Shown here in pieces: positions 25,961 to 36,285 of a stretch of 64,000 nt of DNA (the first letter of the stretch is position 1; each line of letters begins with the position of its first letter). Below the pieces are notes generated by a model, which saw nothing but the letters and a program-made list of their open reading frames with translations, ran no database searches and was not told the origin of the DNA. The position numbers were made by a program, and so were the translations under genes. Source of the stretch: a virus; the IMG/VR virus record IMGVR_UViG_3300030618_000004; one strand, given 5' to 3'.

Positions 25961-26514
25961 TGGCGACTAAATTTAATTTAGATAAAATCAAGGCTAAATT
26001 AGAAAAAGCGCCCAAAGAATTTGATGGCATCGTGGCGCAGATCGGCATTCCTAAAAGCGCTGTTTATGAAAATGGCGAATCGGTAGCGTACATTGCATCA
26101 ATTCAGGAATTCGGTGCGCCATCAGTCAAGATTCCACCTAGACCATTTTTCAGGCCGACAGCAGAAGAAAAACAAGGAAAATGGATTGATATTATTAAAC
26201 ATCTTGCGCCCAATGTCGTAAAAGGTGAGATGAGTGGATTTGATGTTTTAGATACTGTTGGCCGTGTAGCTGCGTTAGATATTCAAGATACCGTAGCAGG
26301 TATTTATACTCCGGCATTATCGCCAATTACTGTACTGCTTCGTAAGTGGCGCAAGGCTGGTGAGAAAATTACTGGCAGAACTGTTGGGGAAGCTGCATTT
26401 GCCATAGCTAATGGTGTTAATCCAGGCAATGACAATAAACCTCTTAACGATTCCGGCTATATGATTGCATCTATTCGAAGCGCAGTAGCTAAAAAAGATT
26501 CGGAGATGGACTGA
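25960..26514 (+). CDS. head-tail joining protein (HK97 gp10-like)
   Basis: IQEFGAPSVKIPPRPFFRP motif and its position. Confidence 0.5.
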   Translation: MATKFNLDKIKAKLEKAPKEFDGIVAQIGIPKSAVYENGESVAYIASIQEFGAPSVKIPPRPFFRPTAEEKQGKWIDIIKHLAPNVVKGEMSGFDVLDTVGRVAALDIQDTVAGIYTPALSPITVLLRKWRKAGEKITGRTVGEAAFAIANGVNPGNDNKPLNDSGYMIASIRSAVAKKDSEMD

Positions 26515-26906
26515 TGGGATTTTTTGACGTTCGATCAATTGCCAACCCATTTACTCAGATCACGAATCCGAATCAAGAAATTGCTTGGCTTCAGAATTCT
26601 GGCTATACCACTGATGCAACGGGTCACAGAACGCCATTGCAAACAACAGTGCCGATTCAAGCCCAGATACAAGGCTTGTCCGCTGCTGATTTAAGGCATT
26701 TAGACGGATTGAATATTGAGGGAGTATTGCGCTCGGTGCATATGTTCGGAAATGTGCAGGGCGTTGTTCGCGCGGATCAAAAAGGCGGGGATATTTTGCA
26801 ATTCCCTGAAATTCCCGGTGGCACAATAAAAAATTGGCTTATTATTAAAGTCATGGAAACTTGGACTAATTGGGCACGCGTTGTCGTTGCATTGCAAAAC
26901 CCATGA
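26514..26906 (+). CDS. neck/tail completion protein
   Basis: Position only. ATGA overlaps on both sides. Confidence 0.45.
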   Translation: MGFFDVRSIANPFTQITNPNQEIAWLQNSGYTTDATGHRTPLQTTVPIQAQIQGLSAADLRHLDGLNIEGVLRSVHMFGNVQGVVRADQKGGDILQFPEIPGGTIKNWLIIKVMETWTNWARVVVALQNP

Positions 26907-27433
26907 CTATCTCTCAATCAATATTAGAAACAGATGTATTTACGGCGCTCAGAGCGTTTTTATTGCTTATCCTGCCATCTGGCACGGAAGTAGTCCAAGC
27001 GCAGGACAATCAAGTATCCATGCCATCTGGCGCGTTTGTTGCGATGACTCCGGCAGGTCAGAAAAGATTCAATACGAACATAAATAATAATTGGGTTCCA
27101 GGCTCATCGAATCCAGGTAGCGCAGATGTGGAATCACACATCAAATATGATATGCAATTAGATTTTTATGGAGCGTTATCTTCGGATTGGGCAAATGTAA
27201 CTCAGGTATTATTCCGGGATAATTTTGGCGTTGAGAATTTTCCGGCAAACATAGTTCCTTTATATACGAATGACCCGATGCAAATGCCATTGATTGATGG
27301 CGAAGAACAATACGAACAAAGATGGAAATTAACAGTGTCTATGCAGTACAATCCTGTTATAACAGTAACACAAGATTTTGCAGCTACTATTGATGTCACT
27401 CTCGCAGAAGTAGATCAAACATTCAAACCATAA
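26903..27433 (+). CDS. tail completion protein (start moved to MTISQSIL)
   Basis: ATGA overlap with the upstream stop. Position only. Confidence 0.45.
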   Translation: MTISQSILETDVFTALRAFLLLILPSGTEVVQAQDNQVSMPSGAFVAMTPAGQKRFNTNINNNWVPGSSNPGSADVESHIKYDMQLDFYGALSSDWANVTQVLFRDNFGVENFPANIVPLYTNDPMQMPLIDGEEQYEQRWKLTVSMQYNPVITVTQDFAATIDVTLAEVDQTFKP

Positions 27434-27443
27434 TGAGGTAACT

Positions 27444-28931
27444 ATGAGCACGATTCCTTTTTCACTAATTGCAAATGTAATTCCTTCTGTGCTGACTGCT
27501 GGTGGCGAAGCAATCGATTTGAATGGGTTGCTACTCTCGCAAAGTACCTATGCGCCATACGGTCAGGTTTTGCAATTTCCTAATCAGGCTGCTGTAGCAT
27601 CCTATTTTGGCGCGAATTCAATTGAAGCTCAATTAGCTACCAATTATTTCAGTGGCTATACTGGCGCAACGGCTGCTCCGGGTAATTTATTGATTACACT
27701 TTATCCTGAAGCGGCAACAGCCGGTTTTTTGCGTAGCGCTTCATTGGCTTCGATGACATTGGCTCAATTACAAGCATTATCGGGAACGTTGATTCTGACT
27801 GTCGCTGGAACTCAATTCACATCAAGCACAATTACATTGTCCGGTGATTCTAGCTTCAGTGCTGCCGCTGCGACAATTCAGGCGGCATTTACTTCGCCAA
27901 CTTTTACTGTGGTATTCGACTCGACAACGAATGCATTCATTTTCACCACAAGCACAACTGGCGCAACTGAAACGATTACATTTGCTACAGGTACATTGGC
28001 GACTGGATTGTCATTAACTCAGGCCACAGGCGCTGTATTGTCGCAGGGCGCGGCATTGGCGACACCTGCCGCATTCATGCCAATGATTACCGGCCTGTAT
28101 AACAACTACGCGACATTCGGCACAACATGGGAATCAATTCTCACTGAAAAAGAAGCTTTTGCAACATGGTCTAACTCTGTCCAGCCGAGATTCTTGTATT
28201 GCCCATGTGATTCAGATGTAAATATCCTGACTCCAAACAATACGGTTACTTTCGGTAACTATTTGCAGACAAATAAACTAATTGGGACATGCCCGACTTA
28301 TGGAACAGTGAATCACGCTGCTTTTGCAATGGGTTATGCTGCATCATTGAATTTCGAAGCATTGAATGGCCGTGCGACACTAGCTTTCCGTTCGCAATCT
28401 GGATTGACGCCATATGTCTCCAGCGCATCAGCCTACAAAGCTGCATTGAGCAACGGATATAATTCATATGGCATCTGGGGCGCAAACAATCCAGTCAACA
28501 ATACAAATTTCATGAGTCCTGGCTTGGTTTCTGGGGTTTGGGCATGGGCTGATAGTTATTTGAATCAAATTTGGTTGAACGCAAATTTGCAATTGGCAAT
28601 TGTCGAACTTCAAACCAGTGTCGGCTCTATTCCTTACACGCCTCAGGGTTATAGTTTGGTGTATTCCGCATTGCTTGCCCCGATTAATGCTGCAATCAAT
28701 TTTGGCGCTATTCGTGTTGGGGGCACTTTCTCCAGTTCTCAAATTCAAGAAATGACTTTGGCTCTCGGCGTTAATCCCGCTGCCACTATTTCAGCGACAG
28801 GATTTTATTTGCAGATTGGTGCGGCAAGCCCAACTACTCGTATTGCTCGCGGTAGTCCACCTTGCACATTGTATTATTTTGATGGCCAGTCAATCCAGCA
28901 AATCAATTTGGCAAGCATTGAAGTTCAGTAA
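27444..28931 (+). CDS. tail sheath protein
   Basis: 495 aa directly upstream of the tube, chaperone and tape measure genes. It resembles DUF3383-type sheaths from memory. Confidence 0.65.
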   Translation: MSTIPFSLIANVIPSVLTAGGEAIDLNGLLLSQSTYAPYGQVLQFPNQAAVASYFGANSIEAQLATNYFSGYTGATAAPGNLLITLYPEAATAGFLRSASLASMTLAQLQALSGTLILTVAGTQFTSSTITLSGDSSFSAAAATIQAAFTSPTFTVVFDSTTNAFIFTTSTTGATETITFATGTLATGLSLTQATGAVLSQGAALATPAAFMPMITGLYNNYATFGTTWESILTEKEAFATWSNSVQPRFLYCPCDSDVNILTPNNTVTFGNYLQTNKLIGTCPTYGTVNHAAFAMGYAASLNFEALNGRATLAFRSQSGLTPYVSSASAYKAALSNGYNSYGIWGANNPVNNTNFMSPGLVSGVWAWADSYLNQIWLNANLQLAIVELQTSVGSIPYTPQGYSLVYSALLAPINAAINFGAIRVGGTFSSSQIQEMTLALGVNPAATISATGFYLQIGAASPTTRIARGSPPCTLYYFDGQSIQQINLASIEVQ

Positions 28932-28960
28932 TCAATTAAATAATTTAATAGGGGCAAATA

Positions 28961-29398
28961 ATGTCAACATTAACAGGCGCAAATAGTGTTTTAACTCTGT
29001 CCTTTGCTGGACTTTATGATGCCCCGGTGACGATTCAAGGCTATGCTCTTGATGATGCATTTAAATCGGAATCAGTGCCACAGGCTGAGACACGTATGGG
29101 TGTTGATGGTCGATTATCTGCTGGTAAGATTTTCTCGCCATACAAAATCACTATTATGATTCAGCCCGATTCGCCATCTCTGGCAATCTTTGAAACATTG
29201 CGCACGACGCAGGATGCGGTGGTGGATGTATTCGAGGCAAGCGGCGTTATTTTCTTGCCGAGTATCGGTATGCAATACACCTTGATTCGAGGTTTCTTGA
29301 CTTCGGCTCATCCGTTCCCTGATGTTAAAAAGCTGTTCGAGCCGATGCCTTATGAATTCACATGGAATTTGATTACTAGCGCACCGATTGGATTTTAA
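28961..29398 (+). CDS. tail tube protein
   Basis: 145 aa between the sheath and chaperone genes. Confidence 0.6.
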   Translation: MSTLTGANSVLTLSFAGLYDAPVTIQGYALDDAFKSESVPQAETRMGVDGRLSAGKIFSPYKITIMIQPDSPSLAIFETLRTTQDAVVDVFEASGVIFLPSIGMQYTLIRGFLTSAHPFPDVKKLFEPMPYEFTWNLITSAPIGF

Positions 29399-29400
29399 TC

Positions 29401-29865
29401 ATGCGTAAAGAAATCATTTATACGGTGACTGATGAGGGTCGCGATACCGGCAAGAAATTCAAGATTACGGAAATGCCAGCATTCCAAGCGCATAAGTTCG
29501 CGCTAAAGGCATTTTCCAAGGCTGTGCGAGCTGGAATGAATACACCACAGGGCGCAGAATCATCCGGCATGATGGCGCTTGCCAAGGCTGGCTATTCGAT
29601 TCTGGTGGCCATGCCATTTGAATTAAGCGAAGAATTATTTGATGAACTATTCGCTTGCGTCCAAGTTGTAACGAGCGCCAATATTGTTCGCGCTGTCGAT
29701 TCATCAGACATAGAAGAAATCCAGACAATTTTAAAATTGAATAAAGCGGTTTATGAATTGCATGTTGATTTTTTTCCCGCTGGCAGTCAGTTGACTTCGG
29801 AGTCAGAAATATCTCAACAGGTCGTAAAAAAACCTTCATTGAATATCAAAATACCCCGTCGATAA
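29401..29865 (+). CDS. tail assembly chaperone (G-like, zero-frame product)
   Basis: Located just before the tape measure gene and contains a slippery heptamer near its 3' end. Confidence 0.65.
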   Translation: MRKEIIYTVTDEGRDTGKKFKITEMPAFQAHKFALKAFSKAVRAGMNTPQGAESSGMMALAKAGYSILVAMPFELSEELFDELFACVQVVTSANIVRAVDSSDIEEIQTILKLNKAVYELHVDFFPAGSQLTSESEISQQVVKKPSLNIKIPRR

Positions 29866-29999
29866 TTGCTACTGCCGTAACATCTGGATATGGTTCAATG
29901 CATGACTTTCAAAGCATTTATGGCACCGAAGATTTATGGATGATGCTGGAAATAAACGCGGTCAATAACCATAATAACAATCTAGCAAGGTCAGAATAA
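29826..29999 (+). promoter_or_regulatory. programmed -1 ribosomal frameshift (A AAA AAA at 29826-29832) giving a GT-like extension
   Basis: In the zero frame the codons read gta aaa aaa cct. The -1 frame is open for 55 codons (TFIEYQNTPSIIATAVTSGYGSMHDFQSIYGTEDLWMMLEINAVNNHNNNLARSE). It stops at the TAA (29997-29999) that overlaps the tape measure ATG. Confidence 0.6.
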
Positions 30000-31594
30000 T
30001 GGCGAGCATAATTGACAGTCTTTTTATCGAGCTAGGAATCGAGACAAGCAAGTTTGATGCTGGTCAAAAAGAAGCTATTAAGAAAATTAAGGACATTGAA
30101 AAAGCGTCTTTGAGTCTTGACCGCGAGTTAAAAAAATCACAATCTGAAAAAGAATCTGCGGCTAAAAAAGCACAGGTCGAAGCCGATAAGCAAAGAAAAA
30201 TCGAAGAGTCAGCAAATAAAGAACGGCTCAATGGGTTAAACAAAGCCAAGGATGCCATTCTTGGATTCGGTCTTGCTACACTCGGCGTGGCGGGATTCAA
30301 GGACTTCGTGCAGCAAACCGTCCAAGGAAATGCCGCGTTAGGTCGCCAAGCAAAAATACTCAGTACTTCAGGAACAGACTTAGACGCATGGGGGAAAGTA
30401 GTTGAGCAATCTGGCGGCTCACTTCAAACGTTTCAATCGTCACTTCAGAGCATCGAAGGCGGCATTGCTGATTTTAAAATCGGCAAGAGTTCGGCTATCT
30501 ATCAAAGTCTCGCGCAACTATCTGCACTGGATAGCGTGGATATGCAAAAAGGTACTGTTGACCTGTATAAATTATCAGATGCAGTTGTCCGATATTCCGA
30601 AGTTCATGGCATTCAAGCAGCGCGTTCCCGCTCATTAGAAATAATGGATGAAAGCATGTTTAATACCATGCTGAAAGGCGGCGATGCGGTTAAAGACTTG
30701 CACGATGAAATGTATAAACTTTCTGGTGTTACTGATGAAAATATCGATAAGGCTACAAAATTAAATAATAAATGGACAGAATTAGCCCAAACATTAAGCA
30801 AAAATAAACAGGACATTTTCGGAATATTAGCTAATCCAATGAGTGAAACGCTAGATGCGACCACGTCGATGATGAAGGGTGGAATTGGCAGTAGCGTCTA
30901 TGACATATTGCATCCGGGCGACCAATCAGATAGGAAGAAAAAACAAAATGTAATGGATTTTTTGAAGTCATCTAATCCACTTGCTGCGCCATTCCTAAGC
31001 TTATTTGATTCATCATATCCATCTGGCGAGCATCATTCAGATGAATCTCATGGTGGACATATTGGCGGTTCGGGCGGCATTGATTTGGATGCCATTAAAA
31101 AAATAGAATCAAACGGAAATCCAAATGCTATTTCTTCTAAAGGAGCAAAAGGCGCATATCAATTCATAGATTCGACTGCTTCACAATATGGACTGCATGG
31201 TAGCGATGTATTTGATGAATCGAAATCTCGTATTGCGGCAGACCATTTGTTTAAAGATTTATTAAAACAATTTGGCGGCGATGTCGACAAGGCTTTAGCT
31301 GGGTACAATTGGGGAACTTCGGGATTAAATTCCGATATTGCAAAAAATGGATCTGATTGGTTGAGTCATGCCCCTAAAGAAACTCAATCGTACATTAGAC
31401 AATATCATGATTATGTTGGCGCAAAAATGGGCGTAAATAGCTCAGGTGGAAATAGCACGTCATCATCTTCAGTTCAGATTCAAAATATGAATATCAATAC
31501 CAGTGCGACGAATGCCGCTCAATTGGGAAGTGATATACACAGTGAATTAAACAATAATTCATTTATCAATGCCGGAACGATGGGGGCGAGATAA
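29999..31594 (+). CDS. tape measure protein with a C-terminal lytic transglycosylase domain
   Basis: Coiled-coil N-terminal part. SLT motif KKIESNGNPNAISSKGAKGAYQFIDSTASQYGL. Confidence 0.8.
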   Translation: MASIIDSLFIELGIETSKFDAGQKEAIKKIKDIEKASLSLDRELKKSQSEKESAAKKAQVEADKQRKIEESANKERLNGLNKAKDAILGFGLATLGVAGFKDFVQQTVQGNAALGRQAKILSTSGTDLDAWGKVVEQSGGSLQTFQSSLQSIEGGIADFKIGKSSAIYQSLAQLSALDSVDMQKGTVDLYKLSDAVVRYSEVHGIQAARSRSLEIMDESMFNTMLKGGDAVKDLHDEMYKLSGVTDENIDKATKLNNKWTELAQTLSKNKQDIFGILANPMSETLDATTSMMKGGIGSSVYDILHPGDQSDRKKKQNVMDFLKSSNPLAAPFLSLFDSSYPSGEHHSDESHGGHIGGSGGIDLDAIKKIESNGNPNAISSKGAKGAYQFIDSTASQYGLHGSDVFDESKSRIAADHLFKDLLKQFGGDVDKALAGYNWGTSGLNSDIAKNGSDWLSHAPKETQSYIRQYHDYVGAKMGVNSSGGNSTSSSSVQIQNMNINTSATNAAQLGSDIHSELNNNSFINAGTMGAR

Positions 31595-32250
31595 TGCCGC
31601 TTATACCTTATCCAAATGTTCCTGCATTACCTGGCGTCCCCAGTCTTCCTGTGCCTCCTATAGGCTATCAGCAGCCGGTCTCGCCCGTAGATACAACTAC
31701 TTTGTTGCAGAGTTCGACTACACCGTCCGTATCCACCGCATCGACACAACAATCTCAATGGGCGATACAGGACATATTGGGAAACTTAACATTAGTCCCA
31801 GATTCAGTAATCGATTTTGATTATAGAAATGAACGAAAGATACCTAACTATCCGATTGAGCAAGGCGCATTTTCAAGTTACAACAAAGTTGCATTACCTT
31901 ACGAAATTAGAATGACAGTAGCTTGCAATGGCAATGGCGAAATGACACGTAATTTATTCATATCTACTGTGCAGGACATGCTAGATTCATTGGATTTATT
32001 TACAATCGTTACGCCAGATGAGATATATGAGAATGCAAATTTAATTCACGCAAATTATAATAGAACTGCGCGGCAAGGCGTAACATTGCTGCTTGTTGAA
32101 TTGGTTTTTGAGGAAGTACGCCAGACTGGAACTGGCACCATTACAACAGCGACGCCAAGCGGTCAGGCACAGGTCAATAATGGTCAGCTAAATCCAGTTA
32201 CTCCAACACCGATTCAAAACAATGCAATAACTTCTACGCCGATCCAATGA
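31594..32250 (+). CDS. tail/baseplate protein
   Basis: Position after the tape measure gene. Pro-rich N-terminus. Confidence 0.45.
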   Translation: MPLIPYPNVPALPGVPSLPVPPIGYQQPVSPVDTTTLLQSSTTPSVSTASTQQSQWAIQDILGNLTLVPDSVIDFDYRNERKIPNYPIEQGAFSSYNKVALPYEIRMTVACNGNGEMTRNLFISTVQDMLDSLDLFTIVTPDEIYENANLIHANYNRTARQGVTLLLVELVFEEVRQTGTGTITTATPSGQAQVNNGQLNPVTPTPIQNNAITSTPIQ

Positions 32251-32549
32251 GCCAAATAATACCTATTACTGATGACGAATCACAATCTTTCACCATCACT
32301 TTGAATGGTCAGAGCTGCTTAATCGCGATTTACACCAAAGATACGGGAATGTATTTTGATTTAACGCTGAATGGAACTCTGATTGTTAGCACAATGATTT
32401 GCTTAGATAGGGTTAATTTAGTTCGCTACGCTTATTTAGGATTTATCGGCAATCTCGCATTTATCGACACACAGGGAACGACCGACCCTGTTTATACTGG
32501 ATTGGGAAGTCGATATATCCTCACTTATTTTTTACCGGGCGAACAATGA
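32247..32549 (+). CDS. tail/baseplate protein (100 aa)
   Basis: Position only. 4-nt overlaps on both sides. Confidence 0.45.
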   Translation: MSQIIPITDDESQSFTITLNGQSCLIAIYTKDTGMYFDLTLNGTLIVSTMICLDRVNLVRYAYLGFIGNLAFIDTQGTTDPVYTGLGSRYILTYFLPGEQ

Positions 32550-33394
32550 GCTTCGTTGAGCGGCAAATTAATTTGCAATTTTCTGATGGAAACACAACCC
32601 TATCTTTGGAGGGGCTGAGGTGCACTGCGCTGATTACAAATCTTGGCGGGTATAACTCGGCAGGACAATTACAGTTGCGCGTATATGGAATGTCTTTAGA
32701 TCAAATGAATCAGTATTCATCGACTGGAACAGATCAGGCAGCGGTTCTCAACAGAGAGGTTTTGATTAGTGCTGGCGATGTTGGATCGAATCTTATTCAG
32801 GTATTTTCAGGCACGATATTCAGATCGTTCATTGACTTCTCTGGACTTCCTGATGTTTCATTTTGCGTGGCCGCATGTGCCGGCTATTACAATAAGGCGA
32901 CTGCATCAAGCGCAAATCACTATCCTGGCGCACAGAATGCAGAGGATATTATCGCGGCACTATCTGCCAAAGCTGGCTTTGAATTTGTGAATAATGGTGC
33001 ACATGCTGTTTTGCAGAATCAATACTGCTATGGGTCTATCGTAGATCAGATACAAAGTGTAGCGAAGGCGGCGATTATTCCCATGGCGATTGAGAATAAC
33101 AAAGTTTATATCTGGCCTAACGATGGCACTCGGGACGATACGATAATATCCATATCCCCCGATAATGGCATGATTGGTTACCCTGCATATTGGGAAGCTG
33201 GATTTATCGTTAAATGTGAATTCAATCCACAAATAGCGAATGGTCGGACAATAGCCTTGACAAGTTCAATACCAAAATCAAATGTTACTGTTCCAGTTCA
33301 AATGGTCACGCATGAACTGTCCACATTGACACCGAATGGCGCGTGGTTCACCACTTCAAAATTATCTCCGTCGAATTATGTCCCAGTCAACTAA
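32546..33394 (+). CDS. putative baseplate hub protein
   Basis: Position upstream of the spike and wedge genes. Confidence 0.45.
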   Translation: MSFVERQINLQFSDGNTTLSLEGLRCTALITNLGGYNSAGQLQLRVYGMSLDQMNQYSSTGTDQAAVLNREVLISAGDVGSNLIQVFSGTIFRSFIDFSGLPDVSFCVAACAGYYNKATASSANHYPGAQNAEDIIAALSAKAGFEFVNNGAHAVLQNQYCYGSIVDQIQSVAKAAIIPMAIENNKVYIWPNDGTRDDTIISISPDNGMIGYPAYWEAGFIVKCEFNPQIANGRTIALTSSIPKSNVTVPVQMVTHELSTLTPNGAWFTTSKLSPSNYVPVN

Positions 33395-34040
33395 ATCTAA
33401 TTTCACACCGGCTAGTAATGCATCCGATATTGGTCGCACGGATTTTATTATTCAATCCGCATTAAGCGGGATGAGAACAACGATGCCAGTGCAAGTTATT
33501 TCATGCACCAATGATGGCGGGCTTAGTCAAATCGGCTATGTAAGCGTGCAGCCGCTTGTTAGCGCCATTGATGGGAATGGAGTTGCATGGCCGCATATGG
33601 TTATAGAAAACGTCCCATACATGCGTTATCAGGGCGGAGCTAACGCGGTAATCATCGATCCTGTTGCCGGAGATATCGGACTCGCATCAGTCTGCGACAG
33701 AGACATCTCCACAGTTAAATCAACGCAATCAATTTCCTCGCCCGGATCGAATAGAAAAAATGATATGTCTGATATGGTTTATTTAATGACCATCATTGGC
33801 GCTGCACCGACACAGGTCATTCAATTTAATTCTGCTGGCATAACAGTTTTATCCCCAACCGCTGTAACAGTGAATGCTCCTCAAATTAATATCGGCGCAA
33901 CAGGGGAAACTTTGCAAGCACTGGTTAATGCCAGCTTTGAAACATTATATAATGCTCATACTCATTCAAGCGGCGGCACTGGAATCCCTAATATCCTAAT
34001 GAGTAGCACTCAATTAACTTCCACATTAAAGGCGGGATAA
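33378..34040 (+). CDS. baseplate spike protein (Mu gp45 / P2 gpV-like), start moved to MSQSTKSNF
   Basis: GRTDFIIQSALSGMRTTMPVQVIS OB-like N-terminus and its position. Confidence 0.55.
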   Translation: MSQSTKSNFTPASNASDIGRTDFIIQSALSGMRTTMPVQVISCTNDGGLSQIGYVSVQPLVSAIDGNGVAWPHMVIENVPYMRYQGGANAVIIDPVAGDIGLASVCDRDISTVKSTQSISSPGSNRKNDMSDMVYLMTIIGAAPTQVIQFNSAGITVLSPTAVTVNAPQINIGATGETLQALVNASFETLYNAHTHSSGGTGIPNILMSSTQLTSTLKAG

Positions 34041-34041
34041 A

Positions 34042-34410
34042 TTGGCTATTAATCAACAGACAATGCTTTTAGATCAAAGCGCATGGGATTTGGTGCTTGA
34101 TAACAATGGCAATTGGGCGGCGGCAAATGCGCCATATTCCATTGCCCAAGATGTTGCCAGTGCGGTAGGAACTTTTCTGGGCGAATGCTGGTACAACCAG
34201 AGTTTAGGGATACCATATTGGCAAAATATTCTAGGTCAAAACCCGACTTTAAGCTATTATCGTTCTCAAATAGTTGCAGCGGCAATGACTGTGCCAAATG
34301 TTTCCAAAGTAAATGTCATTTTCAGTGAATTTACGAACCGTGTTTTAACCGGGCAAATTCAAATTATCGATACAGATGGCGTTGAGTCTGATATCTCATT
34401 CGGGAGTTAA
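34042..34410 (+). CDS. baseplate wedge protein (gp25/W-like), TTG start
   Basis: 122 aa immediately upstream of the J-like gene. WDLVLDNNGNWA...IAQDVASAVGTFLGE pattern. Confidence 0.5.
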   Translation: MAINQQTMLLDQSAWDLVLDNNGNWAAANAPYSIAQDVASAVGTFLGECWYNQSLGIPYWQNILGQNPTLSYYRSQIVAAAMTVPNVSKVNVIFSEFTNRVLTGQIQIIDTDGVESDISFGS

Positions 34411-34412
34411 TA

Positions 34413-35630
34413 GTGTCAACAAATGTTCCTGGTATAGTTTGGGTCAATGGCTCTCCGGTTCTTCCCACAGATTCAGCTATTCTATCTGGCGTTCAGGCTG
34501 ATATTGATGGCGCATTTGGGGGCGGCGTAAATCAAACTTTGACTACGCCGCAAGGACAGATAGCGCAATCCGAAACAGCGATTATCAGTGACAAAAATGC
34601 TCAAATAGCTCTTGTTTCGAATCAAGTTAATCCAGCGACAGCGAGTGGCCAATGGCAAGATGCCCTTGGATACATCTATTTCATCAACCGCATTCAAGCT
34701 GCTGGAACAGTAGTTAATGTAACTTGTACGGGCGCGGTTGGCGTGGATATTCCAGCGGGATCGGTGGCGCAAGATACATCTGGCTATCTCTATTCAAGTA
34801 CAGCCGATGCGGTTATTCCTGCTGGCGGCAGTATATCGGTTCAGTTCCAGAATCAGACCCCAGGCGCTATTGCTTGCGCCATTGGTTCGTTAAATAAAAT
34901 TTATGTCAATATCCCTGGGTGGGACACGATATCGAATCCAGCTGTCGGCGCATTGGGAAATTTGGTTGAAAGTAGATCGGCGTTTGAAACAAGGCGACAA
35001 CAGAGTGTCGCTGGAAACTCCGTAAATTCAATTCAGGCCGTTCAGGCGGCGATTCTTGCGTTATCTGGCGTGATAGATGCCTACACAATCGACAACCCAA
35101 CGAACGCAACCATTGCAATCGGTTCAACAGCTTATCCATTGGCAGCAAATAGCACATTGCTATCCGTGGCTGGTGGCTCTGCGTCGAGTATTGCGCAAGC
35201 ATTTTGGAGTAAAAAGGGCGCTGGAAGTCCTTACGCTCCGGGAAACACTTCATTTGTGATTTATGATGAAACATACAATATCCCATATCCGGCCTATACA
35301 ATTAGCTGGCTTACGCCCTACTCTGCCAATGTTTATTTTGCTATTCAGATAAAAAATCTTCCGACATTGCCATCGAATATTGTTTCATTAGTTCAGTCAG
35401 CGGTAGTTCAATCATTTTACGGTCAGGATGGAGGGACAAAGGCTAGAATTAATCAAACCATTTTTAATGGCAGATTTTATGCGAATATCACTGCTCTTGA
35501 CCCTAGCGTAGAAATATTGTCTTTGTTGATTGGATTTAGCGCACTCGCCGCGACAAATACCTCACTAACTTTTGGTATAGATCAGTTGCCCGTTATGTCC
35601 GCGGCGAATGTTGCGGTTGCTTTGGTGTAA
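34413..35630 (+). CDS. baseplate J-like protein, GTG start
   Basis: 405 aa in the canonical position. Confidence 0.65.
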   Translation: MSTNVPGIVWVNGSPVLPTDSAILSGVQADIDGAFGGGVNQTLTTPQGQIAQSETAIISDKNAQIALVSNQVNPATASGQWQDALGYIYFINRIQAAGTVVNVTCTGAVGVDIPAGSVAQDTSGYLYSSTADAVIPAGGSISVQFQNQTPGAIACAIGSLNKIYVNIPGWDTISNPAVGALGNLVESRSAFETRRQQSVAGNSVNSIQAVQAAILALSGVIDAYTIDNPTNATIAIGSTAYPLAANSTLLSVAGGSASSIAQAFWSKKGAGSPYAPGNTSFVIYDETYNIPYPAYTISWLTPYSANVYFAIQIKNLPTLPSNIVSLVQSAVVQSFYGQDGGTKARINQTIFNGRFYANITALDPSVEILSLLIGFSALAATNTSLTFGIDQLPVMSAANVAVALV

Positions 35631-35632
35631 TC

Positions 35633-36277
35633 ATGCAAAATTATACGGAAACATTACTAAGTCAGTATGCAAATAGCCCTACAATGATGGCGATCATTGA
35701 GGCGATGAACGATGCAATTGATCCAAGCGTAGACATACAAAATCTTTACAATAATATATGGAATGTTAATACGGCAGTCGGGTATGGTTTAGATGTATGG
35801 GGAAATATTGTTGGGGTTTCCCGCAATTTGTTGGTGCCAACATCGCAAGTTTATTTCGGATTTTATGAAGCTTATGTCCCCGGTTATTCAGTGAATCCTC
35901 AGCCATTTGATACATATCCATTTTACAATAATGAATCAACAACTCAAATTTATACATTGGGCGACGAACAATTCAGAGAATTAATTTTAGCAAAAGCTTA
36001 TGCTAACATTTCAAATTTGAGCGTTCCATCGGTCAATAAGTTATTGCAGATTCTTTTTATGAATACGTCAAGTTTTTATGTGGCTGAAGGCTACGTTGCT
36101 GATGGTTACATTGTAGAGAATGGATATACTCAATATGCGTATATCGCAGATGGTGGAAATATGGAATATACCGTTGTCTTTAATTTCAATCCAACACCTG
36201 TACAATTGGCAATATTATTAAATTCTGGCGTATTCCCTCGACCTTGCGGCGTTAAAATAAATTATGAAATCAATTAA
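35633..36277 (+). CDS. baseplate/tail-fibre-associated protein (DUF2612-like)
   Basis: LLSQYANSPTMMAIIEAM...NTAVGYGLDVWGNIVGVSRN. The family name is from memory. Confidence 0.6.
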   Translation: MQNYTETLLSQYANSPTMMAIIEAMNDAIDPSVDIQNLYNNIWNVNTAVGYGLDVWGNIVGVSRNLLVPTSQVYFGFYEAYVPGYSVNPQPFDTYPFYNNESTTQIYTLGDEQFRELILAKAYANISNLSVPSVNKLLQILFMNTSSFYVAEGYVADGYIVENGYTQYAYIADGGNMEYTVVFNFNPTPVQLAILLNSGVFPRPCGVKINYEIN

Positions 36278-36285
36278 GGTATTTT

